Assembly: GCA_001662655.1 (NCBI GenBank)
Contig: KV460230.1
DNA length: 64,000 bases
From: Pseudogymnoascus verrucosus
Taxonomy: Eukaryota
Direction: 5' to 3' (one strand)
The first letter of the stretch is position 1; every line of letters starts with the position of its first letter. The notes beneath the pieces are model-generated. The model was not told the DNA's origin, did not search any database, and saw nothing but the letters and a program-made list of their open reading frames with translations. A program made the position numbers and the translations under genes. Below, piece by piece: positions 20,981 through 32,638 of the stretch.

Positions 20981-23900
20981 ATGGAGGGGGAATCTTGCAT
21001 GCCACCAGTTGGATGGCTGGTATATGAAGATATACGACTGCCACAGCGAATTATTGAGCATGTCATCAGGAAGAGACGCGAGCTTGAGCCACAACTTTAC
21101 CCTTCTAGCGACTCAGATACCGAGATCGACTTTGAGCCTCCAAGAGACCCATGGTACCAGGAGATCGGGCCAGTGCACGATGTCTGCTATCAAGATGATG
21201 GGGAGGAGGTTCACCATATAGCTGGGTCTATATTTTGCCAGGCCTTGTCCATACCCAGGGACTGTGTCAGGCCTCTACTTGAAGACGGATCTCACCAGTT
21301 GGTCTTTTTTACTAATCAACGAGTTATACAGATATACTGCGCCCACGATTCCAACGAGAAACAGTTGCTTGATAACCTTGCTTGCCTTGATTTCGAATAT
21401 CACGACCGAGAAGAAGAGGACCAGCTTGAAGAAGACGAGACATACGAGGCCACCACAAAAGAGGCGTTTGCAACTGTAAAGCCATATCTCGCTTGGGAGT
21501 GCCTGTATCCGGAAGGCATAGATATGGCCGCCTTATCGCCCCTGGATATCAATGCCAATCTCAGGCCTCGACAGGCTGCGCACAAGGAAAGAACCAAAGC
21601 CCCGCCAGCCAAAGTTTCACCGAGAGAGAAAGACCACCCGCCACCACCTCCCGCTGAGGTTTACGAGCCTCCGAGCTCCGATCGCCCAAATGGCGCAACA
21701 TACACAACTGGGAAATTGCTCGGGAAGGGTGGCTTTGCGATCTGCCATGATGGTGTCCTGGCAGACACAAGAGAGAAATATGCACTGAAGATAGTGAAAA
21801 GTGTCATGCCACAAAAGAAGATGGAGCAAAAGGCAAGTTCCATAGGGGATCCGTTATTTGAATGAAGCAACTAGCATTCTAACTTACTCGTAGTTTCAAA
21901 CGGAACTGCAAATCCACTCCAAGATGAGACACGCCAATATCGTTCAATTCCACAGGGCTTTCACCTACCAAGAAAGTACATACATAGTACTCGAGCTATG
22001 CCCAAACGGATCCTTAATGGACATGGTGAAGAAGCGACGATTCGTCACCGAGCCAGAAGTTCGCTTCTATACAATTCAAATTGCTGGAGCTATCAAATAT
22101 ATGCACTTGAAGGGCATTATCCACCGAGATCTGAAGATGGGAAACATTTTCTTAGATAAGGATATGAACGTCAAGGTTGGAGACTTCGGCCTTGCTGCAT
22201 TGCTCATGTCTGGGAAGGATATGACTGCGTGCCGAAGAACCACACTCTGTGGGACACCCAACTACATCGCTCCGGAGATCCTAGAAAAGGGAAAAGGTGG
22301 CCACGATCATGCAGTCGATATTTGGAGTTTGGGTATTATCATGTAAGCTCAACCCAATATGTCACAAATCCAAGATGCGCACTAACATTTATTTAGATTT
22401 GCCATGCTCACAGGTCGCCCACCGTTCCAATCCACTACGCAGGAAGAAATATACAGAAAAGCGAGAGAGCGCGAATACGACTGGCCTTCATTGGACAAAA
22501 CTAATAACTATATCTCCCAAGAAGCTAAGGACCTGGTAGCACTCCTCCTCCAAAGCCCAGAAGATCGTCCGGATTGCGATACCATCGTTCAGCATCCATT
22601 TTTCTCCAGTGGGTGGGTCCCACAGGAGGAAGAAATGACGCCTTCCCTCAGGGAGAATTCTCCCGATCCAAACCAATTTGCTACTCTCAGCCTTCGCGGA
22701 GGAAGGGCAAGTCTATATGCCAGGAATCTAAAGGCGCTTTGCGTGAAGAGTGATGTTGGTCCTTGGAGTGCGACCCAAAAGGTGCATTCGAGCACTTATA
22801 GGGAGGTTGCAGCAGAAGAGAAAGCAGGCCTTACACCGGCGGTACCTCTAGCTGACAACGTTGTGTACCGGCCATTTGACGAGGTGGTACGGGAGCATAA
22901 AGCGACTTTGGCACGGGAAGAATCTAGAGCGGCAACCAAGCCAAAGGAATACGACCAGAAACCGCTTACACATCGTCCAGTTACCGTGGCAGCCGCATCT
23001 AAAACTGTACCAAGGAGCTTCGCGGCTCAGCAACGCGCCCAGAACCAGCCGCCAATTGTTTCGGCAACAGTTCGCCGGCCTAGACCACAGGCTGAATCCG
23101 GACCCAGCACACGACGAGCAAATCCTTATGACCAAGCGTCTGAGGAGGAGCAGGCCTCCGCCGAAACTAGAACCAGGTCAAGAAGGGAGCCATCCAGGTC
23201 TCAGGCCAAAGGTAAAGGCGTTTCCGAGTCAGTCGTGGCAACCGAAGCACGTCTAGGCGCAGACATGGTACAGCAACTTGGGAAACCAAGATCGGAGACT
23301 ACGGCGCCATCTGTGAAGTCCTCGTCCCGTGATCCAGCCACTGCTTCCATATTCAGCCCTTCTGAGAATGCTGAATTTCTTCACCGCTCCAAGCCGAGAC
23401 ACGTCACTAAGAACCTTCAAGTTCTATATGCAGAAATCGAACGCGCGCTGAACAGCAGATCGGTTGGGCCGGCACGGGAAGCGCCAGATTCCGAGCCAAC
23501 TATAGTTGTTAAGTGGGTTGACTACACCAACAAGTTCGGGTTGGGCTACATTCTGAATGATGGTGGTGTCGGATGCATCTTCAAGTCTCTACCTGTCTCT
23601 GGTGATCCGAATACCCAGATCCCACCTACTTGTGTCGTCGTTCGAAATGCCGAGAAGCATCTTCAAAACCGACGCAATCCCAACTATCCTGATAGAAACC
23701 AGCTTGTGCCGGTTTCAGGAGCAGACATTGAGTTCTTCGAAAACAATGGCGACGAAGGGATCTCCTGTGTTAAGGTTAGCCCCCGTGCATTTGCAGCAAG
23801 CGAGGAATATGGCGTGGCAGGAAAATTAGGCCGAGGAAAGGACGAGTGGGAGGACAGAAAGCGTGAGAAGATCGTTCTTTGGAGGAAATTCGCAAACTAT

Positions 23901-24632
23901 ATGACAGTATTTGGTAGGGATCAAGATCACCCATACGATGACGCCCTCAACAGAATGTCGCTGGATGGCGACTCGGACTCCTCGGACCCCAATAAAAGCA
24001 ACGTGGTTACATTTTACCAGCGTTTTGGTGATGTTGGGTGCTGGGGATTCCGCAATGGTTCATTCCAGGTAAGCTAGACCAGCCATGAGTTGCCAAATCT
24101 TCACTAACACATCTTCCAGTTCAATTTCCCAGACCACACAAAAATGCTTCTTTCGGCAGATGGAACTTGGTGCGACTTCTATCACCTTCCTCTTGAAGCA
24201 GCACGCGATTTAGCACTCACCGGCAACTTGCCCAGCGCTGCGCTAGATGATCGCCAACATCTATCTTTCCCATTACAAGCTTTCTTGAACTTCATGACAA
24301 AGCCTTCCACACGCAATGGCATGACAAGTCGCCGCCGCGGCATCCAGGTTGACCCGATGATTCAGGGCATCCCGGCTGCCAATGATTTCCGCCGTAAGGT
24401 TGAGTTCATCAAGGCCATCGTTGGGGAGTGGATTACAAATGGTGGAATTGGCCGAAGCGCAATGGAGCCAGAAAGCAGATTGAGGTGGCTTGGGAACAGA
24501 GAACTTGTCAATGTCAAGGTTCCGTTCAAGCACGTCTGGGTTACTGTCGGAGCGTACGGTGGAGATGACCGCCGAGTTGCGTGGTTTGACCCGAGGGAAC
24601 CAAGCCAGGTTGTGCCAGATATTGAAGCTTGA
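20981..24632 (+). CDS. CDC5: Polo-like kinase (3 introns; typical start at 21524, in-frame upstream ATG at 20981)
   Basis: LLGKGGFAIC, HRDLKMGN, VGDFGLAA, TLCGTPNYIAPE; polo boxes VVKWVDYTNKFGLGY and FQ|FNFPDHTK. Confidence 0.95.
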
Positions 24633-25196
24633 TCGACGTGCGACGACCTTATGTTAATGACTGCATGACAGCAAAGAGTTGGGGTGTTTTGTTTTATTCT
24701 TCGACTTTTTCCCTTATCATGCGGAGAAGGCGCTGGTTGGCGCAGTTATACGGATGCATGGAATTATGGTGTTTCGGAGGCGTGGGTCATTGTTAGGAGT
24801 ACGAAAGCGCACATTATTCGGCGAAATGGAAGTTCATAGCCTTATATATAGGAATTGATTGTCTCTTTAATTACTACCTTATGATATTGGTTATTGGCCT
24901 GCTCTCATCACATTGAGACTCCTGATGCCAAAGATCAGTATAGGTAGATAGTAAATTAATTGAACAAAAATATATCAAATATTAATTCTGTAATGACGTA
25001 AATATCTCGAATAGAAATCCTTTAAGAAGCAGCAAACTAAATTACGACAAACAAGCTGTCAAATTTGGTCTCCAACGCCAGTGTCGTCGAGGTCGCGTCT
25101 AAACTTCGGCATGGGCGCTTGGCGTCGCGCTTAAACTCCATCATTCCAATCGACCTCGAGCACCTAGATTCAACCTCACACATCCCAAACCTTAGC

Positions 25197-26718
25197 ATGA
25201 AGCAATTAGCGAATAGGACTACGACCCGGAGCTTCGGTAGATATATCTGCCGTAGCTGCTCTCACCAAGCACCTCGACAGCGCCGAGGATATGCAACGGA
25301 ATCATCACCCGAACTATATGATGTCGTCTGCGTGGGGGGTGGACCGGCCGGTCTAAGTGTCCTGGCAGCATTGAGTATGACCAGCATTCTAGATCCACCC
25401 TGTAACATCAATTGACTTCTTCTCAGGGGCGACTGCTGCCACTTCTGGCCTCAAAGTCGCTCTTATCGAAAGCCAGGATCTAAGCCGAACGCGATCATGG
25501 TCGCTCCCATCAACACAATATTCGAACCGATGCAGCTCCCTCACACCCACTTCCGTGGAATTCCTTGATAAAATTGGCGCGTGGAAGAATGTCAAGCGTG
25601 ACAGAGTGCAGCCGTACGAGGAGATGCAGGTCTGGGATGGAGTTACAGGGTCGAGGATAGAATTCGACTGGCCACAAGGGTCACAAGGCAAGACGATAGC
25701 ATATATGAACGAGAACCTGAACCTCACATCAGGCCTTCTCAAACGGATCGACGAGTTATCTGGGGTCTCGATTTTTGACAACACGAAGGTAGAGAATATC
25801 GAACTGGGCCAAGAAACCGAGACAGCAGACCTACGGTCATGGCCTATTGTTCAGCTCTCGGGTGGCCGGCAGATTGCGGCACGGTTACTTATTGGGGCGG
25901 ATGGCGCCAACAGCCCTGTCAGAGCGTTCGCGGGTATCAATAGCTCGGGGTGGGATTATAACAGGCATGGGGTTGTGGCTACAGTCGAGTTGGAGGGCGA
26001 GGGATGGGGCGGCGAAGATCGCAAGGTTGCATACCAGAGGTTCCTTCCCACCGGCCCAGCCGCTATGCTACCACTACCCGGACGTTTCTCAACCCTCGTC
26101 TGGTCAACGACTCCGGAGAGAGCCGCGCTCCTAAAGACCCTATCTACCGAAGACTTCACAGCCATGGTTAATGCGGCATTCCGCCTGTCGCCCGTTGATC
26201 TCACATATATGCACACTCTTACTTCCGGCCAGGCCGATGAGTATAACTGGCGATCCCAGCATACTTCTTCTGATACCAATCGAATCCCTCAACGGGTTCT
26301 GTCAGTTCAGGAGGGAACGGTAGCCTCTTTCCCACTCAAAATGCGCCATGCGGATACTTATATCGGCGAGCGCGTTGCTTTGATTGGAGATGCGGCACAC
26401 ACCGTCCACCCTCTTGCCGGCCAGGGTCTGAATCAAGGGCAAGGTGATGTCGAAAGTCTCGTGAAAACAATCGAGTATTCCGTGACGCACGGCCTGGATA
26501 TTGGCGTCTCCATGAGCTTGGAGAGCTATAATGCGGATAGATATGCCAAAAACCATGTGCTAATGGGTGTGGTGGATAAACTCCACAAGCTGTACGCATT
26601 TGAGAGTGGCCCGATAGTGCCTCTGCGAAGTATTGGCCTGAGCGCGGTGAATGCGTTGGGACCTCTCAAGCACTTCTTCATGGGGCAGGCCGCCGGAACT
26701 GGGGCGAAGATATTGTAA
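25197..26718 (+). CDS. COQ6: Ubiquinone biosynthesis monooxygenase Coq6 (intron 25375-25426)
   Basis: Arg-rich presequence; DVVCVGGGPAGL, GADGANS, AYQRFLPTGP, GDAAHTVHPLAGQGLNQG. Confidence 0.95.
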
Positions 26719-27212
26719 GAACAGGGGATTTTTCGATTACTCACTGTACATCAAATTTGTATTTTTATTGGAAGCCCCGCCAACGGCCGCCTAGACTGGT
26801 TGCAACTATACCACGAGATATGATTGTATTGTTGGGGGTCAATTAAGGTGGCTATGGGCGAGCAATTAAACACTATTCAGATTCCCAATATCGGCCAAGC
26901 TTGATGACTCGGGCAGTGATATCCTATATGATTGCCTCATTCTCTAGCATTCCTCCGATCTTTTACTAAATCAACATGATCATCTGCAGTCGCCAGTGCA
27001 TTCAGAGCCTCCCAGTGATAGACATGAATGGAAACAGGCGTCAAAGACGATAAAATGTTGCCTTCGGTTCACCACCACTCTTGTCTTTCGTCGTCCATAT
27101 CCGCAATATTACCCACAGAATCTTCATAAGTCCTTGTCACTCTCGGGCTATCGCTAATACCAATTACATCGCACATCATCCCTCTGTGCCAACAAAAGCA
27201 TAATCTTGGAAA

Positions 27213-28037
27213 ATGGACATCGTATTCGGCGGCAGTGGCGGCGGTTGCGGGGACCCACGGTGCGAAGCCTGCTCGGGCGGGAGAATGGGTGGTATTATGC
27301 CCCCTTTTCAATTTCCCGGATTTGGAATGCCTCCACCATTTATGCCGTGTGGCCCTGGTTGCACTGGTGACTGCCAGAATCCTGGTGGTGGCTTTCCAGG
27401 ACCAATGCCTGGTGGAATGAACTTTCCGGGTTTCCCACCACCATCAGGCCCAGGACCATCCACCTTTCCCGGCCCTTACCCACAGCCGACCGAATGGCCT
27501 GGCATTGGGCCTGGCAACTTCGGCGGCCCTAGTGGTGGAGGTGGAGCTGGCCTCTCCGAATCCCCTTATGTATATCCTCTGGGAACATCCGGCCAACGCA
27601 TAAACTTGCTGATCGATACTGGGGCATCTCTGACATTGATTTCTACTGCTGCATATAACAAACACTTCCGAAGCATTCCTGTTTGTGCAGACAAAAGGAT
27701 AAACCTCGGAGGCATCGGTGGTGGACTGAGCCCTAGCTACCAAAGATTTACGATGCCTCTAACATTTGATTTCGGCAACGGAAAAGCCACTGTTGAAGGA
27801 GAGGCATGGATTTGTGACAGTGGTTTTGATGTTGACTGTCTCCTTGGTCTTCCGTATCTGAGGGCAAACCAGATGAGTCTTGAATGGGGTAGCAACGGGG
27901 AAACTGATTCCGTCATGGTTCAGGGGCACAAAATCCCCATTAATGTTGAATCCAAAGTGGTACAATACCTAGTTGGCAACCGGAGTGGACGCCAGCGCAA
28001 AGGGCGCCTGATTCGACTTGGAGGAAAGCGAAAATAA
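27213..28037 (+). CDS. Standalone retropepsin-like aspartic protease A with Cys/Gly/Pro-rich N-terminus and basic C-tail
   Basis: Catalytic LLIDTGASLTLI, flap GGIGG, DCLLGLPYL; intronless, 274 aa. Confidence 0.8.
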   Translation: MDIVFGGSGGGCGDPRCEACSGGRMGGIMPPFQFPGFGMPPPFMPCGPGCTGDCQNPGGGFPGPMPGGMNFPGFPPPSGPGPSTFPGPYPQPTEWPGIGPGNFGGPSGGGGAGLSESPYVYPLGTSGQRINLLIDTGASLTLISTAAYNKHFRSIPVCADKRINLGGIGGGLSPSYQRFTMPLTFDFGNGKATVEGEAWICDSGFDVDCLLGLPYLRANQMSLEWGSNGETDSVMVQGHKIPINVESKVVQYLVGNRSGRQRKGRLIRLGGKRK

Positions 28038-28301
28038 GGGAGGCTAGTAGTGAATGTGCGACTTGGAGGTGTGTCATATGAGATAATATAAGGAGTAACT
28101 GGGTTTGCTCACTATGGACGGCGAATAACAGCGATGATTTAGGTACGTAGAGCTATACAATTCACACTGTCTAATATCTTTATTACCAGTTTGTCCTCCG
28201 TGTCCTCTTGAACACCTTGCATTACCTTTATTTGGCTCTGCTGTTCCACATTCAACTATTCAGCTCGGTATTCCTCCGTGGTTCATAAGAGAGAAGACGG
28301 C

Positions 28302-29150
28302 ATGGGTGATATGGGATGGAGCCCAGTTGATGGGTGGGCTTCTGGACCAGGTTGTAACCCCAGACGCGGTTCTCACAGACCCGAACCTGGTCGTTATCAT
28401 GGGCCCCCTCGTGGCACGTTTGCCCCACGGATTCCAATGGCCCCGCCACGGCGGCCCCCACCAGGTTTCATGCCCCACAAGTTTGGCCCTCCGCCTCAAA
28501 TGCGGCCATTTCCAGACAGAGGCTTTGATGACTTCGGTGGCGAAAACCGCTATGATAGAGAGTTCAGCAGGCTCCAGCGAGGTCCTCCTCCTCCTCGTCA
28601 CAGTTCACGCCATGGCCTAAGAGATTTTGCTGATATGTTTGGGGGCTTGAATCTCGATCACCAAGGGAGCAGTATCGGTTCCAAGGGTGGTAATGGCAGC
28701 CATGGAATTGATCGCGACCGGTCGAGGGACTCTGAAACTCCGGTAACATTTCCTTTGTCGCCGTCCGGCAAAAAGATCCATTGTATAATTGACACCGGAG
28801 CCTCAATGACACTCATAAAGCGGTCTTCTCTGCGACGATATTTCCCAGGCATATCAGTAACACGTGGCGTGGGGATAACTATGTCAGGTATTAGCGGTAA
28901 GGGTGATTCAACAGATGAGCGAATAATGCTTCCCCTCACCTTTGTTGGAGAAAATGGGGAGCCGATTCGGGTGCAGGGCGAGGCATGGATTGTTGAGGGG
29001 AAGCATTTGGACACGGATATTTTGCTGGGCTTGCCATTCATGCGAGACAATGGGATGCATCTCCAGTGGGGTGGTGGATCAGGTAGCCGTTCTGGAGGTG
29101 ATCATGTTGCCTGTAGAGGGTCAAGAATACCCATTAGTATTGACTCTTAA
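28302..29150 (+). CDS. Standalone retropepsin-like aspartic protease B with Pro/Arg/Gly-rich N-terminus (paralog of A)
   Basis: CIIDTGASMTLI, flap SGISG, DILLGLPFM; shares PLTF, GEAWI, L.WG and IPI motifs with A. First ATG at 28302. Confidence 0.8.
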   Translation: MGDMGWSPVDGWASGPGCNPRRGSHRPEPGRYHGPPRGTFAPRIPMAPPRRPPPGFMPHKFGPPPQMRPFPDRGFDDFGGENRYDREFSRLQRGPPPPRHSSRHGLRDFADMFGGLNLDHQGSSIGSKGGNGSHGIDRDRSRDSETPVTFPLSPSGKKIHCIIDTGASMTLIKRSSLRRYFPGISVTRGVGITMSGISGKGDSTDERIMLPLTFVGENGEPIRVQGEAWIVEGKHLDTDILLGLPFMRDNGMHLQWGGGSGSRSGGDHVACRGSRIPISIDS

Positions 29151-29674
29151 GGTTAAAAGAGGACATATGCGAGCGAGACTTTAATGAAATGATACAGATG
29201 TCAAAACAATCCCAGTGGCCCATGCATGACAATTTACACAGCAAGCCCATCAGACTAGGTATGACGTGAGGAAAGGTTCCTGATCAAATGTTTTCACACA
29301 AACTTTACTAGAAAATGGCCAACAAGACACTGGTATATTCAGTACAAAGCCAATTAAAGTAAAATTTAAGTTTCATTAAACTCAAGTGTGGACAATGTCG
29401 CTCGCTATCTATTTAACTGATCAAGTTTTCATGTCAAGTCATAAACCCAAGGCAATCCCTAATCAATCGACAATGATTATAGCCGCCTTGAGCACACTTG
29501 GTTCATGTATATGCTCATTATTAACCTAACGTACATGAGGCGCGCTGAATTCGTTTCGTAGAAGTTCTCTTTAATGCTGACAAAAAAATTACAATTCATC
29601 CATGGTATCGGTTTGGTAACATCGTACTAGGAACTCTTTGAGAATCCATATAAAACAATCACGCAGTGCGTATC

Positions 29675-32638
29675 TCACTCCATCCGAGTGGTTTTTTCGC
29701 GATGACTGGGTGCGTTTTGACCTGCAGGGAGAGATTCGGCAACATCCCGGTAAGCCTCCAGCTGTGTGGTCAGACCACCAAGAAGACGTTGGAGCTCGCC
29801 TGCCATTTCTTCGCTCGTTGATGTTCCTGCCAGTGCCCCCATAGAAGGCGGAATTGGCAGTGGGGGAAATCGGTCCATGCCGTAGACTACGCCCTGAGGT
29901 GTAGTCCAGGACGGCGCTGACTGGGTGTTGAAGGGCTTTTCGATCATCGGAGGCTGCGAATAATCTGCGTCGGAGTAGTCGAACATTTGTTGGGATCGCT
30001 GGCCATAGTGTTGGCCATTTGGTGGGCCATATTGCTCGGCATCCGAGCCAGAGAAATCAGATATGTCTGCTACATCTTGCAGATTGCTCCGAGCGCGGAA
30101 ATGGCCTGCAAATCCCGAGTCTCCTGGAAGGTACAGAGAGGGTTCCCTTGGTGCATTGCGGAAACTAGTCGACGCATGGCGTTCCAAATCAAAAGGGTTG
30201 CCTGAAACAAACTCGTTACTTGTTGTAGAATCAGCGGTAGATGGTCGAGAGGGTTCTGGGGCGTAGTCTGGAACGTATTCCGGTGCGGAATCCGGAAGGC
30301 CGAAATCAAGGTCTATCAGAGACTCTCGAATAGATTGTCTGGGGGAAGTGGGTGCAGATGCCATAAAGTTATTAAACCCTGCGCCGAGCGGTTCTGTGGG
30401 GTGGTGCACAAGCTTTGGGCGACCGCCGGACCCCAGCGTGACAGGGGGACGGGCTGGAGCCGCTGTGTTTGGGAAACGGCTTGTTTCCACGTCTGAAGAT
30501 GCTGCTGGAGCGGATGGAAATTTCCAATCTCGGGTGCGACGGTTTGGGTTTTCAGCTGAATCCGATGACGGTTGTCTGCCAAAACCATGCATGGTGTTAT
30601 CGTCGTAGCTGTATTCGATGTCATCGGTGTCATCAGTATCAATGGCGCGGATTTCTCGGTCAGGTCGGATAGTAAGATCTGGGAAGCTTGATAACCCAGT
30701 TTCAATGTCATGCCCGCCCAAATCGATCATCGTATCTCTGATAGATATCTGAGCCGTATCGTCTCTTTCTCTGAGTGGAAGGTCAGAGACCGGCATTACG
30801 AAATCTCGCCCATAATGTATCCTTGAGTTATCCTCGTAGTTGGAGATTGTATTAGGATCGAACAGCTTTTCAAGAGGAGCTTTGATTGGGTTCAATAACT
30901 CTGGTGGAGGGCGGCGTCTGCCACGTTCTCTTGCCTGTTGCTGGCGGGAGGGCTTGGAAGTCTTTTCTGCGAACTCAGTGCTGAGATCAACAGAACTGCC
31001 ATAAACGTTTATGACGTCCTGTAGGTTGGTCGAATCACCAACGGCCTGATCAAACGCAGCAGTCGTGGAGAAATTCCAATTATCTTGATCTTCGCTAGAT
31101 GGAAACGAATCGGATGGACCTTGCGCACCTCCCAACATGAAAAGCGACTTTCGAGAGCCGCCAGATTCCTCCCAGTGTTTAAAGGCCCTGACAAGTTCAG
31201 CAAGAGAATACGCTGGATATGCGTTGTTTGTGTTGTAAATATACGGATGCATCTGGACGGATTGAATGTCCGGCCTGTCTGAAACACGCTCTTCGAGGCA
31301 ATATGCCACGATATTCTTCAGACCTTCACTATACTGGTTCCCCTCGAGCCGTGGGATGTGTTCTTTGAGATAGTCTCCCATTTCAGCGCCATCGGTAATT
31401 CCAGATCTTGCGTTTGGAGGCAGGCCTGTGGCCATTTCGTAAGCCATCGATCCAAAAGCCCAGATATCAACCTCTTTGCCATAATGTGGGTTTGCATTAA
31501 AAAGCTCGGGTGCCATCCAGTTTATAGTTCCTATGAATGTGGATCTCTTATCAAGAGATGTTTCCATCATTCCAGCAACACCGAAGTCGCAAAGCTGAAC
31601 GCCACCCTCTTCAGTGATGAGGACGTTTGCACCTAACATATGTTAACATGATGTTTAGGTCACAAGTTGGAGGAGAACTAACATTTCAAGTCTCGATGAA
31701 TGATACCAGCTTGGTGGACCCAATAAACAGCTTCTGCAACCTCTCTCAGAATTGGAATAATGTACCGCTCGCGGAGGCCTTTTGGTGTTGGTCTCATCTG
31801 AGGGCTGTCAGCTTTGCGTTCGATACAAGCACAGATAATAACTTACCAATGTAGAAATACTGCCGCCGCCGCAGTACTCTGTTATCATCCACATTGCCTT
31901 GCCGACCGGAAGGGCTTCAATCACATGATTGATGTTCCGGGCCTTTGTTTCACTGAGAAGCTTAAGTGCATTGACTTCTTTCATAAATTCCGAATAAGTA
32001 TCGGCGAGGCGTGGGTTCAAAGTGTCCCCCTCGTCAATATCGATAATCTTGACAGCGACAACCGCAGTGGAAGTCAAGTCTTTCCTAAACAGTAAATTCA
32101 AGTTAAAACCAGGGCATTTTCGCGGGCGAATTGTAGAACAGACTTACGCTTTGTAGACTCTCCCAAAGCTTCCTTTCCCAATCAATTCCAGTAACAAATA
32201 ATTTGGAGGATCCCGAGAAGATTTCTTGCATTCCTCGATCACGCTGACTTGCATCTGGCGTGCATCTTCCACCGCCTTGGTCTTGGTCGACTGGATATCA
32301 GCCGACTTTGCAGAAAGGAAGTCCATCTTCGCGATATTGGAACGAGGTGCGCGGTCACCACGCAACAGCCGAATAACAGTCTCGCTCCTACCGAGAGTAG
32401 AAATGCGATCTAAATTGCTCGGACCAACTGGGGGCGTGGATGAGGCTAGCCAAGGAGAAGTAGTAGGGGGGGATGAGACAGCGCCTGTTTGATCGATAAT
32501 CGGCGATAAAGCTGTCGTTCCGGTAGGTGTTAGCTGCCTGGTTCCCCGGGAAAATAACGGAGCAGGAATCAATTCAGGATGTGGCGGAGTCCACCCCCCG
32601 GAGGGCAACTGCTGCTTGGGAGTTTTACGTCCGCCCAT
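29675..32638 (-). CDS. NAK1: Ste20/GCK-family kinase, Nak1/Kic1-like (3 introns; start 32638 or 32326)
   Basis: ELIGKGSFGRVYK, VAVKIIDID, TEYCGGGS, HRDLKC|ANVL, LCDFGVAG, KRSTFIGTINWMAPE. Confidence 0.85.

Noticed and set aside
26720..29670. Retropepsin pair as an LTR-retrotransposon remnant
   Set aside because: No LTRs, primer-binding site, gag, RT or integrase seen; both ORFs are intact and divergent.
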